From the NCBI GenBank assembly GCA_963718615.1, contig OY970368.1:5952001-6016000 (forward strand): 64,000 nt of DNA. Direction: 5' to 3'. The DNA comes from an uncultured cyanobacterium (GTDB lineage: Bacteria > Cyanobacteriota > Cyanobacteriia > PCC-9006 > JAAUQQ01). How positions within the stretch are numbered: the stretch's first letter is position 1; each line of letters starts with the position of its first letter. The position numbers were made by a program, and so were the translations under genes. Below, in pieces: positions 51,189-62,110 of this stretch. The notes beneath the pieces are model-generated. The model ran no database searches. It was not told where the DNA came from and was given only the letters and a program-made list of their open reading frames with translations.

Positions 51189-53948
51189 TTAGAGACGGGC
51201 GAGGCGATCGCGCAAAATCCCCCCCTGGGCCTCCGCTTCCGCTAGGGCGGCCTTAGCTCCATCAATCACCTCCGCCGGAGCCTTGTTGACAAACCCCGGA
51301 TTGTTAAGCCGCCCGGACAGAGACTTGATCTCTTTTTCGACTTTCTCCAAGTTTTTGTTGAGCTTAGCTTTGAGTTCCTCGACATCGATTAGCCCAGCCA
51401 GGGGAATTGAAACCTGGACGGTGCCGGTCACCCCGGCGATGCTCTGTTGAGGAGAGTCAGCCTTGGCGTCGGCAATGGTGACGTCTTCTGCTTTGGCTAG
51501 ATTTTGGATATAGATTTTGCCCTCGGTGAGGATCTTGGCTTCGCGATCGCTCTCCGTCTGCAACAACACCGGCACCTTGGCCCCTGGTTTGATCCCCGCC
51601 TCAGCCCGCAGATTGCGCACGGTCCGAATCGTGTCGATTAGCAACTGAAAATCCACTTCCAAATCGCTATCAATCCAGTCTGCCTGAAGCTCTGGGTAGG
51701 GCTGAACCGCCAAGTAGCTCTCGGTTTCGCCGGTCTGTGTCAGCGTATGCCACAGCTCCTCGGTAATGTGGGGAATAAACGGATGTAGGAGTTTGTGGAT
51801 GCCTTCCAAAACATAGGCTAGAACCTGCTGGGCCTGGGTTTTCTCCGGGCTGTCGTCGCCAAACATCCGCACCTTGCTCAGCTCGATGTACCAATCGCAG
51901 AAGTCGTTCCAGGTAAATTCGTAGAGCGACTTGGCCGCTTCACCTAAACCGTATTTTTCAATTTGCTCGCTGGTCTCCTTCACCGTTTTGTGGAACCGCG
52001 ACAAAATCCACCGATCTGCCAATTCCAAATCCTGCACGCTTTGTACGGACGAACCGCTGTTTGTCCCTACGGGGGTCCCCAACTGGACCGGGGTTTGGCC
52101 GCCCAGATTCATCATCACGAATCGCGAGGCGTTCCAGAGTTTATTGGTAAAGTTGCGGCTGGCTTCGACAGTTTGGGATTCGTCGGTGGTGCGATCGTAG
52201 GCCAAGCGAATATCCTGCCCCGCCCCGGCCACCTCGCGGATCATGGCGTAGCGCGTCGCATCAGTACCGTATTTATCCACCAACACCAGGGGGTCAATGC
52301 CGTTGCCCTTGGACTTGGACATTTTCTTGCCGTTTTCGTCCAGAACCAGACCATGGATAAACACATCCTGGAAGGGCATTTGACCCGTGAAATGCTCCGC
52401 CATCATCGTCATTCGGGCCACCCAGAAAAAGATAATGTCAAAGCCGGTGACCAGGGTGCTGGTGGGATAGTACCGCGCCAAGTCCTCGGTTTCAGCGGGC
52501 CAGCCCAGGGTGGAGAAGGGCCACAGACCCGAGGAAAACCAGGTATCGAGCACGTCTGGATCCCGCTCTAGCTGAACATCCGCGCCAAATTTTGCCTGGG
52601 CTTTGGCGATCGCCTCCGCCTCATCCCGCGCCACCACAAAGGGGGTCCCGTCGGTAATTTCGCCACCGGTTTCGCTGACGGCGTACCAGGCCGGAATCTG
52701 ATGGCCCCACCAGAGCTGGCGAGAAATACACCAGTCCCGCAGGTTGGCCAGCCAGTTGCGATAGACCTTTTTCCAGCGCTCCGGCACAAAATAGGGATCG
52801 TCGTTTTCGTCCAGCTTTTTCAGGGCTTTTTCGGCCAAGGGCGTCATTTTGACAAACCACTGGGTGGAGAGTAGTGGTTCGACCGGGACTTTGCCGCGAT
52901 CGCTAAACGGCACGCTGTGGGTATACTCCTCAATCTTGACCAAGTTCCCCGCTTCCTCCAGCGCCTTAACCACTGCCTTGCGCGCCTCAAACCGATCCAG
53001 CCCCTCAAAGGCACCGGCATTTTCATTCATCGTGCCGTCCTTATTCATCACATTGATGAATTCCAAGCCGTGGCGCTTGCCCATATCAAAGTCATTGGGA
53101 TCGTGAGCCGGGGTTACCTTGACGCAGCCCGTGCCAAACGCCGGATCCACATGGTCATCGGCCACAATCGGGATCTCCCGACCGACCAAGGGCAAGGTCA
53201 GCGTCTTACCGACTAGAGCTTTGTAGCGATCGTCGCTGGGGTTCACCGCCACGCCGGAGTCGCCCAGCATGGTTTCAGGCCGCGTCGTCGCCACCTCTAA
53301 AGAGCCCGAGCCATCGCTCAGGGGATAGCGGAAATGCCACAGGTGCCCGTTCACCTCCTGATTTTCCACTTCCACATCAGACACCGCCGACTGGGACGCC
53401 GGACACCAGTTGACCAAATAATTGCCGCGATAAATTAAGCCCTCATCGTAGAGCCGCGTAAACGCCTCCAGCACCGCCGCGCTCAGCCCCTCGTCCAGGG
53501 TGAAGCGCTCGCGGGTCCAATCTACCGAAACCCCTAGCCGCCGCTGCTGATGAACGATCTGCCCCCCCGACTCCTCCTTCCACTGCCAAGCCCGCTCTAG
53601 AAACTTTTCCCGACCAACGTCGTAGCGAGTTTTACCTTCGGCTTTCAGTTCCCGTTCTAAAATCGTTTGCACTGCGATACTGGCATGGTCCGTTCCCGGC
53701 AACCAGAGCGTGTTGTAACCCTTCATGCGGTGGTAGCGAATCAACACATCGATCAGCGACGCCTCGAAGGCATGGCCCATGTGCAAACTGCCCGTCACAT
53801 TCGGCGGGGGAATGACCACGCAGTAGGCCGGAGCCTCGGCCTTGGCATCTGCCTTAAACACCTGATGCTCCTCCCAGAGCCGTTGCCATTTCGACTCGGT
53901 ATCACAGGGGTCGTATTGGGGGGGAAGCGCAACGGAGGTACCAGTCAT
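51189..53948 (-). CDS. valS: Valine--tRNA ligase
   Basis: [31 protein letters not shown]-terminal coiled coil. Confidence 0.98.
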   Translation of the reverse strand: MTGTSVALPPQYDPCDTESKWQRLWEEHQVFKADAKAEAPAYCVVIPPPNVTGSLHMGHAFEASLIDVLIRYHRMKGYNTLWLPGTDHASIAVQTILERELKAEGKTRYDVGREKFLERAWQWKEESGGQIVHQQRRLGVSVDWTRERFTLDEGLSAAVLEAFTRLYDEGLIYRGNYLVNWCPASQSAVSDVEVENQEVNGHLWHFRYPLSDGSGSLEVATTRPETMLGDSGVAVNPSDDRYKALVGKTLTLPLVGREIPIVADDHVDPAFGTGCVKVTPAHDPNDFDMGKRHGLEFINVMNKDGTMNENAGAFEGLDRFEARKAVVKALEEAGNLVKIEEYTHSVPFSDRGKVPVEPLLSTQWFVKMTPLAEKALKKLDENDDPYFVPERWKKVYRNWLANLRDWCISRQLWWGHQIPAWYAVSETGGEITDGTPFVVARDEAEAIAKAQAKFGADVQLERDPDVLDTWFSSGLWPFSTLGWPAETEDLARYYPTSTLVTGFDIIFFWVARMTMMAEHFTGQMPFQDVFIHGLVLDENGKKMSKSKGNGIDPLVLVDKYGTDATRYAMIREVAGAGQDIRLAYDRTTDESQTVEASRNFTNKLWNASRFVMMNLGGQTPVQLGTPVGTNSGSSVQSVQDLELADRWILSRFHKTVKETSEQIEKYGLGEAAKSLYEFTWNDFCDWYIELSKVRMFGDDSPEKTQAQQVLAYVLEGIHKLLHPFIPHITEELWHTLTQTGETESYLAVQPYPELQADWIDSDLEVDFQLLIDTIRTVRNLRAEAGIKPGAKVPVLLQTESDREAKILTEGKIYIQNLAKAEDVTIADAKADSPQQSIAGVTGTVQVSIPLAGLIDVEELKAKLNKNLEKVEKEIKSLSGRLNNPGFVNKAPAEVIDGAKAALAEAEAQGGILRDRLARL
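52043..52070. repeat. 28-bp REP-like palindrome inside valS
   Basis: GTACGGACGAAC-CGCT-GTTTGTCCCTAC; 23/28 identical to the copy at 60556. Confidence 0.7.
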
Positions 53949-54638
53949 AGCCAAGGATGGGGGGAAGAAACGCTAAACATAACAAAACAACAGCCTTGCC
54001 TGCTGCAAGACCGTCTATCGATTGTGCCATAGGTTTTTCCAGAACCGGGCGGACCGGACCGAAACTCCGGTGAACCTTAACCTCAGCCTTCGACTGTTGC
54101 TCAGATTGGCTCAGATCTTGCTCAGATTCAGAGAAAAATAAAAATTTTCAAGCCGCGACGTATAGCGAACTCTACGGGGAGGGAATAGTAGCTAGTAGCA
54201 CTCGCTCTCAATAAATATTCTGAGAGTCCGTCCTGATTTTCGAGCCGATTTCATGAATCTAGGAGAAACCCCCTATGGAATTTCTCTTGGAATATCATGA
54301 ACAGCCGCGTATTTTTGCAGGACGCTTGCTTTGCGATCGCCCCTGCACTGGCCCCTCTGGCCTATCCGCTTTTGGCCCACCCGCTTCTGGCTCACCCGTT
54401 ACAGACCGCTTTGCATCGGGGCAGCGGACGGAAGTAAACCTCCGAACCAAACTCTCCGGTTGGCGGTTGGCGTTAATTCGTAATCTTTCCTGAACATTCA
54501 AGGAGTAGAGAAAGCGTTTAGACTAAAAACGTCGATATCCTAGTCAACTCAGGGTTTCGTTGACTGTAAAGTAGACTTTAAAAATGAACGCCCCTAGCCT
54601 CTTACTTGTTTCTAGCTTCTCTAATCCCTATTTTTTAG

Positions 54639-55598
<960 letters not shown>

Positions 55599-55636
55599 GG
55601 CGAGTCTTTTCGTCTGTTTTGCCGCTCTGACCTGCC

Positions 55637-56098
55637 ATGATTCTCAACCAGCATCTGAGGTTCACCACGGAACCGGGCATCAGCATCCGCAATATTACGC
55701 CGGAGGTCAAACAAGCTTTGGCTGCGAGCGGATTGCGCAATGGTCAGGTATTGCTGTTTTCGCGGCATACGACGACGGCGTTGGCGATTAACGAAGACGA
55801 ACCGTTGCTGTTTGAGGATATTCAGGTTTATCTTCAGACCCTGGCTCCGCCAGAGGGCATTGGCTTTCCCAATAAACCTAGAGATTACCGCCATAATCGC
55901 TTGGACCTACGGCCCCATGTGCCTGCGGATGAGCCCATTAATGCCCACTCCCATCTGATGGCGATGACGCTGAGTACGAGCGAGGTAATTCCGGTGATTG
56001 AGGGAGAGTTGGGTTTGGGGCAGTATCAGTCGATTTTGTTGTTTGATTTGGATGGACCGCGCGATCGCACCCTTCTTCTTCAACTCGCAGGCCAATAG
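55637..56098 (+). CDS. YjbQ/UPF0047 family protein
   Basis: HTTTALAINE, NAHSH, LGQYQSI..DLDGPR. Confidence 0.9.
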   Translation: MILNQHLRFTTEPGISIRNITPEVKQALAASGLRNGQVLLFSRHTTTALAINEDEPLLFEDIQVYLQTLAPPEGIGFPNKPRDYRHNRLDLRPHVPADEPINAHSHLMAMTLSTSEVIPVIEGELGLGQYQSILLFDLDGPRDRTLLLQLAGQ

Positions 56099-56130
56099 AC
56101 CTTGCAGGCCAATAGACCTTGCAGGCCAAT
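56087..56130. repeat. 17-bp tandem repeat GCAGGCCAATAGACCTT, about 2.6 copies
   Basis: Duplicates the yjbQ-family stop region. Confidence 0.9.
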
Positions 56131-56172
56131 CGACTGTGCAGACCAGCAGACTCTTTCCCTTCCCTTCCAGCC

Positions 56173-56745
56173 ATGACCGACGATCGCGCCGCTGCTAATT
56201 CCGTAAATCCTGATGATGCTGCGAATCCCGATGATGCTGTGACCCGAGCCTTTCAGATCGGTCAGCAAGCCTTTGAGCGGGGTCAGTATCGAACGGCGAT
56301 TTATGCTTTGGAGGGGGCGATCGCCCAAACTTCACCCCAAACGATTTTGGGCGGCGATATTCAAATGCTGCTGGTCAGTGCCTATGAGGGAGCGGGCGAT
56401 CGCACCTCAGCCCTCAATCTCTGCCGCACGCTCACAAAACACGTAGACCTCAGCACGCGTCAGCAGGCCAAACAACTGCTCTATATTCTCGAAGCACCTA
56501 AGCTCAATACTCGCCCTGATTGGTTTGTAGAAATTCCAGATTTGTCGAAAACGGACGAAAGCAAGGCCGCGTTTCACCGAGGCAGTGGCATTGCCCCCCG
56601 CAAGCCCTCGGAACCGCAACCTTGGATCCCAGAGCCTGTGGATCCCCAAACGGTTAACCTACGAGATGAACGGTTTATTTGGGTGGCCTTGGGGGCGATC
56701 GCGCTCGTTTTCATGGCGCTGGCTATTTGGGCTGGATGGGCCTAG
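56173..56745 (+). CDS. TPR-like protein with C-terminal TM anchor
   Basis: GQQAFERGQYR, LLYILEAP, C-terminal hydrophobic helix. Confidence 0.78.
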   Translation: MTDDRAAANSVNPDDAANPDDAVTRAFQIGQQAFERGQYRTAIYALEGAIAQTSPQTILGGDIQMLLVSAYEGAGDRTSALNLCRTLTKHVDLSTRQQAKQLLYILEAPKLNTRPDWFVEIPDLSKTDESKAAFHRGSGIAPRKPSEPQPWIPEPVDPQTVNLRDERFIWVALGAIALVFMALAIWAGWA

Positions 56746-56752
56746 GCCCTGG

Positions 56753-56791
56753 GTCTGGAAATTTAGTCTGGAAATTTAGTCTGGAAATTTA
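56753..56791. repeat. 13-bp tandem repeat GTCTGGAAATTTA x3
   Basis: Three perfect copies. Confidence 0.92.
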
Positions 56792-57038
56792 GCCTAGAAC
56801 TAGAAATAGGGAGATTGAGCCTAACTGGGGGCGCATACTCCATTTCAGCGATTTTTGAAGCACAACCGGAAAATTTATCAACATCATAAAATTCTGGGAA
56901 AACTCTTAAAGGAAACTTCCATATCTTTGCCGACATAAAAATATAAATTGATACATGGCGCTATCCTGTTTTGAGTAGGATGAGTTGCCGCGTGTAATCA
57001 GAGCTGCCAGCGTAACTAAAACTTCTAGGAAAACTTTC

Positions 57039-60000
57039 ATGTCTCATAAGCTTTATTCAATGGGTATTTCTTCTTCGATGATGGTTCCTCAGGCTCCAGC
57101 CTCAGAGAGATCTCTGGTCGTTTTTGATGCTCAGGTACAAGGCTACGAATACCTGGTGGCTGGCGTAGTCTCTGACACTGAGGTTGTTGTGCTGGACCCC
57201 CAGCGGGAGGGGGCCGCGCAGATTGCGGAGATTCTGGCGCAGCATCGGGATGTGACTCAGGTTCACTTGGTTTCCCATGGTGCTCCTGGGTGCCTCTATC
57301 TGGGGGCTGGGGAGCTGAGCCTGGGGAATTTGGCAACGCAGGCCGCAACAATCCAGACTTGGTTCGCAGGGTTTGCCCAGGTGCCCTCGCTGCTGATCTA
57401 TGGCTGTAATGTGGCGGCAGGCGATGCTGGAAGCGAATTTTTAGAAAAACTTCATGCACTGACCCAGGCCCCGATCGCTGCTTCCAAGACCCGAACCGGT
57501 AATGGGGATCTGGGGGGTGACTGGAATCTGGAAGTAACCCTGGGCAATCCTGTTGTGACGGCAGCCCTGCGGCCTGAGGTGCAAGCGGCCTATGCAGGGG
57601 TCCTGGCTCCTCTCAACGCGGATGACTATACGGCGCTCAAGGCATTGTATTTGTCTACGGGGGGAGCAGAGTGGACCAATAACGATGGTTGGAAAGATTG
57701 GGACTTTAACAACACAACGCCGCCGGATACGAGTGTTGTTGCGACTTGGTTTGGGGTGGGGTTAACGGGCGATCGCGTCACCAGCCTAGAATTAGGAACC
57801 TCGACTAACGAGAATAATCCTCGAGATACGTTTGAAGGGAATAATCTGGTTGGGGTACTACCTACTGAGCTAGGTTTACTCACAGCTGTCAGTAACTTAA
57901 AGTTGGCGAGAAACGGTCCGAGCGATGAAAATGATCAAACTTATCTCACTGGCCCAATTCCTGATTTGGGGAACCTCAATGGTTTGGTTACGCTTTGGCT
58001 ATTTGATAACCAGCTTACAGGCTCTATTCCGAGTTCTTTAGAAAACAGCGAGTTTTTGTTCTGGCTTGATCTCGCTAACAACGATTTAACAGGAACTATC
58101 CCGAGTTCTCTCGGCAATCTCGGCAATCTAGAGAACCTAAATTTATTTGGGAACGAGCTTGAAGGACCTATTCCGAGTTCTTTTGCAAATCTGTCAAAGC
58201 TAAAGGTACTAGATCTTAGCAACAATAATTTGACGGGAACAATCCCAACTGGCTTGGGAAGCATCTTGACTCTCGATACAATTATTCTGAATGATAATGC
58301 CCTCAGAGGACCAGTTCCAGCTGATTTAGCGACCAAAATTGCCTTTGGTACCTTTTTTGATATTGTCAGCAGTAATCTAGATAACCCTCTCTCCCTTGGA
58401 GAAGAAATTTCAGACAAAACAACGGCTATTGATCAAGTCATCAACTTTACGATAACGACCAGTGACCTCGATAAACTAGCCGCGTCTAATCCTGCAGCTC
58501 TTTCTGTAACCGCAACGTCGAGCGATCAATCCCTCATTCCTGACGGTTCTATTGTGCTTGGTAGCCCAGACTCATCTGGGAACCGGAGTGTTTCAATTAC
58601 TCCAGCATCGGGAGCGAGCGGCATTGCAACAATCACGTTGACGGTGGACGATGGAGAAGGAGGAGAATTTGCCCAGTCTCAAACCTTTGAGGTTGTGGTC
58701 GGTAATGTAAATACAGCGCCAAGCATTACAACGAATGCCCTGACCGTCACTGAAGGGCAAAAAGTCACACTTACTGCAAGTGACTTGCAAGCAACTGACC
58801 CTACCGATCTAGACCCTCAAGACCTAAAATTTACGGTTTCTAACGTAACAGGGGGTAAGTTCGTTCTCAAGCAGCAATTTATTTCTGATGAAAATAATCC
58901 TGCAATTACAGAATTTACTCAGAAGGATGTCAATGACGGGAAAGTTGAATTTGTCACTGATGGTGGCGAAAATGCTCCCACCTACAATGTTATCGTCACG
59001 GATTCGGAACAGCAATCGACGGCTCCTGCTGCTGCGACCGTTACCTTCAACAGCGTTAATGATGCACCCACATTGACCCTTGCAAATCTCATTGGAGATA
59101 TTCCCCTCAATGCCGATCGCTCTGATGGCCTGAGAGTAGCCGACATTGTGATTACCGATCCAGATGCGGCGACCAGTATCAATACCCTGAAACTCAGTGG
59201 CACCGATGCGGATCTTTTTGAAATTGGAGAAGGCGACGAAGGTCGGAAGGAACTACGGCTGAAAGCAACAGCAAATATTGAGGCTTTACAAAGCTATGAT
59301 GTTACGGTTGAAGTAGATGACACAACGATTGGCAACGACTCTGAAGATAGCCAAGCCTTTACCCTCAATGTTGACGAGGCTCTAAATCTTCCAACCGTTG
59401 AGCTCACAAACGTTCGTAAGGCAATAAGGGAAACTATAGATACAAACAATCCCGTCAAGGTTGCCGACATTGTCATTACAGATACAGATGGTGGAACCAA
59501 TACCCTAAGCCTGACAGGAGCTGATGCCGATTTATTCGAAATCTTTGATACATCGGCTGGCGAGACCGGTGGGGAGATTGTGCGGTTGAAGGCAGGGGTA
59601 TCTCTCGATCGCCTCCAAAACCCGATTCTAGATGTTACTGTTCAAATTGATGATCCGTCCATTGGTCTTACGCCAGATAGCAGTGATAGTCTATCTGTCA
59701 AAGTTGTGGCTACTGACAATGACTTCAACGGCAATGGTTTCAGCGATATCGTTTGGCGTGACAAAGTGACTGGCCAAAATGCAATTAGCTTGATCAATCT
59801 TGATGTCAGCGGAATAGCTCCTAGCGTTGATGTTGTGACTAGCTTTGTCAATCCCTTTATCAACGATCCCAACTGGGAAATTCAAGCCGTTGGCAACTTT
59901 AACGGTGATGGCAGTGGCGATTTGGTCTGGCGCAATAAGGCGACTGGCCAAAACCTACTGTGGTTGATGAAAGATGCTGTACCCGGACAAGCACCGCAGG

Positions 60001-60539
60001 TTGCTCAGGCTGTCACACTGCAATCTGTGACGGACCGCAATTGGAGCATTGCTGGAGCGGGTGACTTTAACGGCGATGGTCAGTCGGATCTGCTCTGGTA
60101 CAATCCTAGCGAAACATCAGGGGAACAATTGGTTGCTTGGTATATGGATGGGACAACCAAGACCGGTACAGGCAGTATTACAGAGGCAACCACTGACCTC
60201 GCATTGGAAGCCGTGGGAGACCTCAATAATGATGGCAATGCTGATCTGCTCTGGAGTAAGACTGACGGCAGCTTAGAAGTCTGGTTTATGGATAGCATCA
60301 ATCGAGCTTCCGTGAGCGCAATTCAAGGATCGGAAGCGACAAAACCCAGTGGCTCATCTGTTGCAGGGATTGTGAGTGTTAACGATGCCGTCAAATTGGC
60401 TAGCATTACAGCAGGAATTACGTTCCGTTTGGCCGACGGCACGAACGAAATCTGGGCACTCAATGGCACCACCAAAACCGCTGAAATCCCGTTAGCGGTT
60501 GCTCAATTTGCAGCAACCACTTGGCAGGCTACGATTTAG
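57039..60539 (+). CDS. Large surface protein: DUF4347, LRR, cadherin/Ig-like domains, FG-GAP repeats
   Basis: SHG/GC...GGDW.LE; LxxNxLTGxIP LRRs; VNDAP; GDFNGDG; start uncertain. Confidence 0.85.
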   Translation: MSHKLYSMGISSSMMVPQAPASERSLVVFDAQVQGYEYLVAGVVSDTEVVVLDPQREGAAQIAEILAQHRDVTQVHLVSHGAPGCLYLGAGELSLGNLATQAATIQTWFAGFAQVPSLLIYGCNVAAGDAGSEFLEKLHALTQAPIAASKTRTGNGDLGGDWNLEVTLGNPVVTAALRPEVQAAYAGVLAPLNADDYTALKALYLSTGGAEWTNNDGWKDWDFNNTTPPDTSVVATWFGVGLTGDRVTSLELGTSTNENNPRDTFEGNNLVGVLPTELGLLTAVSNLKLARNGPSDENDQTYLTGPIPDLGNLNGLVTLWLFDNQLTGSIPSSLENSEFLFWLDLANNDLTGTIPSSLGNLGNLENLNLFGNELEGPIPSSFANLSKLKVLDLSNNNLTGTIPTGLGSILTLDTIILNDNALRGPVPADLATKIAFGTFFDIVSSNLDNPLSLGEEISDKTTAIDQVINFTITTSDLDKLAASNPAALSVTATSSDQSLIPDGSIVLGSPDSSGNRSVSITPASGASGIATITLTVDDGEGGEFAQSQTFEVVVGNVNTAPSITTNALTVTEGQKVTLTASDLQATDPTDLDPQDLKFTVSNVTGGKFVLKQQFISDENNPAITEFTQKDVNDGKVEFVTDGGENAPTYNVIVTDSEQQSTAPAAATVTFNSVNDAPTLTLANLIGDIPLNADRSDGLRVADIVITDPDAATSINTLKLSGTDADLFEIGEGDEGRKELRLKATANIEALQSYDVTVEVDDTTIGNDSEDSQAFTLNVDEALNLPTVELTNVRKAIRETIDTNNPVKVADIVITDTDGGTNTLSLTGADADLFEIFDTSAGETGGEIVRLKAGVSLDRLQNPILDVTVQIDDPSIGLTPDSSDSLSVKVVATDNDFNGNGFSDIVWRDKVTGQNAISLINLDVSGIAPSVDVVTSFVNPFINDPNWEIQAVGNFNGDGSGDLVWRNKATGQNLLWLMKDAVPGQAPQVAQAVTLQSVTDRNWSIAGAGDFNGDGQSDLLWYNPSETSGEQLVAWYMDGTTKTGTGSITEATTDLALEAVGDLNNDGNADLLWSKTDGSLEVWFMDSINRASVSAIQGSEATKPSGSSVAGIVSVNDAVKLASITAGITFRLADGTNEIWALNGTTKTAEIPLAVAQFAATTWQATI

Positions 60540-60555
60540 GTGGGTCTAGGTTATG

Positions 60556-60583
60556 GCGGGGACGAACGGCAGTTTGTCCCTAC
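60556..60583. repeat. 28-bp REP-like palindrome between convergent genes
   Basis: GCGGGGACGAAC-GGCA-GTTTGTCCCTAC; includes the decarboxylase stop codon. Confidence 0.7.
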
Positions 60584-62013
60584 AAGTTGTTTTGATGGAA
60601 TTGGTCGATCGCCTGGAAAAGGTTCTGAAGGTGCAACTCCGTGGTGAAGGGGTTGAGCAAGACAGCTTTTAACCAGCGATCGCCCCCATACTGGGGCAGC
60701 GATAAAAACGTCTGCCCCTTTTCCAATAAATAGGCCTGGAGCTTTTCGTTCCAATCATTCCAGCGGTTCGGTGCCATCTGCTCGAGTTCAGCTCGGAAGC
60801 AAATAATATTCAAATCCGGTTGGGTTGCAAGGCGCAGGAAAGGGCGATCGCCCACCGCCTGCACAAACTGCTCCGTCAGCTTCAAATTATGCGCAATAAT
60901 TTCTGCACAGCCTGCTTCGCCCAAATGCTGTAGCGACAACCAAAGTTTCAAAATATCCACATGGCGTGTGCCTTGAATGCTGCTTTCGCCGAGATTGTGC
61001 CACGGCCCCCAGTTACCCATGTAGGGTGCGGCGATCTGGAAATTCTGTCGCCAAGCTTCCGCATTGCGGAACAGCACCATGGCACAGACCTTTGTCACAT
61101 ACAACCATTTTTGTGGATTAAACGTGATCGAATCGGCCTGTTCAATGCCCTCAAGGCGATGGCGATGTTCGGGGGAGAAGGCGATCGCCCCGCCATAGGA
61201 GGCATCCACATGGAACCAAAGGCCAAATTCCTGAGCAATGTCCCCCAGCTTGAGGAGCGGATCCATACTGCCGGTTACCGTCGTTCCCGCTGTTGCCACA
61301 ATACAAAAGGGAGCCTGCCCCGCTTCGATCGCCAACTGAATGAGCTGCCGTAAACTCGCGGGGTCCATGCGGGACTGGGCATCGGTGGGGACGCTAATGA
61401 CACTGTGACTGCCTAGGCCGAGAACCATGGCTGCTTTCTGGATTGATGTGTGAGCAACTTCTGAGGCGAGTAGAACCGGTTGTTGTTCGAGACCGACTAA
61501 TCCTTTTTCGAGGACGGGGAAATGGGTGTTACGGGCGACGGCGATCGCCTGCAAATTCCCCAGGCTTCCGCCGCTAACCAAGCTGCCCCCTGCCGATTCG
61601 CCGAAGCCAAACTTCGCTGCAATTTGCTGAAGAACTAGGGGCTCTAAACGCGAAAAGATCGGTGACATTTCGACGCTGAGCATGTTGTTGTTTAACGCCC
61701 CAGCGACCCAATCCCCGATGATGGACATGACGCTAGGAATCGAGTCCATATGACCGATGTAACCGGGATGGGCAGCGTTCATCGATTGCTGAAGGATGGC
61801 ACGAAGCTGTGTGAGCAACTCAGTCTCTGAATAGCCGGTTTTGGGAATTTCGGGGTTGGGGAGTTGATGGAGAGCCGGGAGGGGCGATCGCCCAGACGCT
61901 TGACCCATTGCATCCAGGAGAAGCGCCAGCACTTGGCCCATGAGTTGCTCGACGGCCTCGCGGTTCTCACCCGCCGGGTGAATGAAAGCGGTAGGGGGAA
62001 GATGGCTAGGCAT
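60580..62013 (-). CDS. Group II PLP-dependent decarboxylase
   Basis: YIGHM, SGGS.GN, AGTTVTG, HVDASYGG, NPQKW. Confidence 0.9.
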   Translation of the reverse strand: MPSHLPPTAFIHPAGENREAVEQLMGQVLALLLDAMGQASGRSPLPALHQLPNPEIPKTGYSETELLTQLRAILQQSMNAAHPGYIGHMDSIPSVMSIIGDWVAGALNNNMLSVEMSPIFSRLEPLVLQQIAAKFGFGESAGGSLVSGGSLGNLQAIAVARNTHFPVLEKGLVGLEQQPVLLASEVAHTSIQKAAMVLGLGSHSVISVPTDAQSRMDPASLRQLIQLAIEAGQAPFCIVATAGTTVTGSMDPLLKLGDIAQEFGLWFHVDASYGGAIAFSPEHRHRLEGIEQADSITFNPQKWLYVTKVCAMVLFRNAEAWRQNFQIAAPYMGNWGPWHNLGESSIQGTRHVDILKLWLSLQHLGEAGCAEIIAHNLKLTEQFVQAVGDRPFLRLATQPDLNIICFRAELEQMAPNRWNDWNEKLQAYLLEKGQTFLSLPQYGGDRWLKAVLLNPFTTELHLQNLFQAIDQFHQNNL

Positions 62014-62110
62014 GGGAGACCTCACGGGCAGAATCATGGTTGATCCTAGTGGATTGCGGGCCTTCTGTGTGAGTGGGGGGATGGGGTGGGGGTCAGGGAA
62101 ACGGGAGGGG

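Noticed and set aside
54275-54501. Short ORFs upstream of hetR as possible patS-like peptides; NtcA or DIF1 sites
   Set aside because: No RGSGR motif, and I found no exact GTA-N8-TAC or TCCGGA by eye.
56575-56592. HRGSGI two genes downstream of hetR, resembling the PatS/PatX RGSGR inhibitor motif
   Set aside because: The terminal Arg is missing and the motif lies in a linker of an unrelated TPR-like protein; probably chance.
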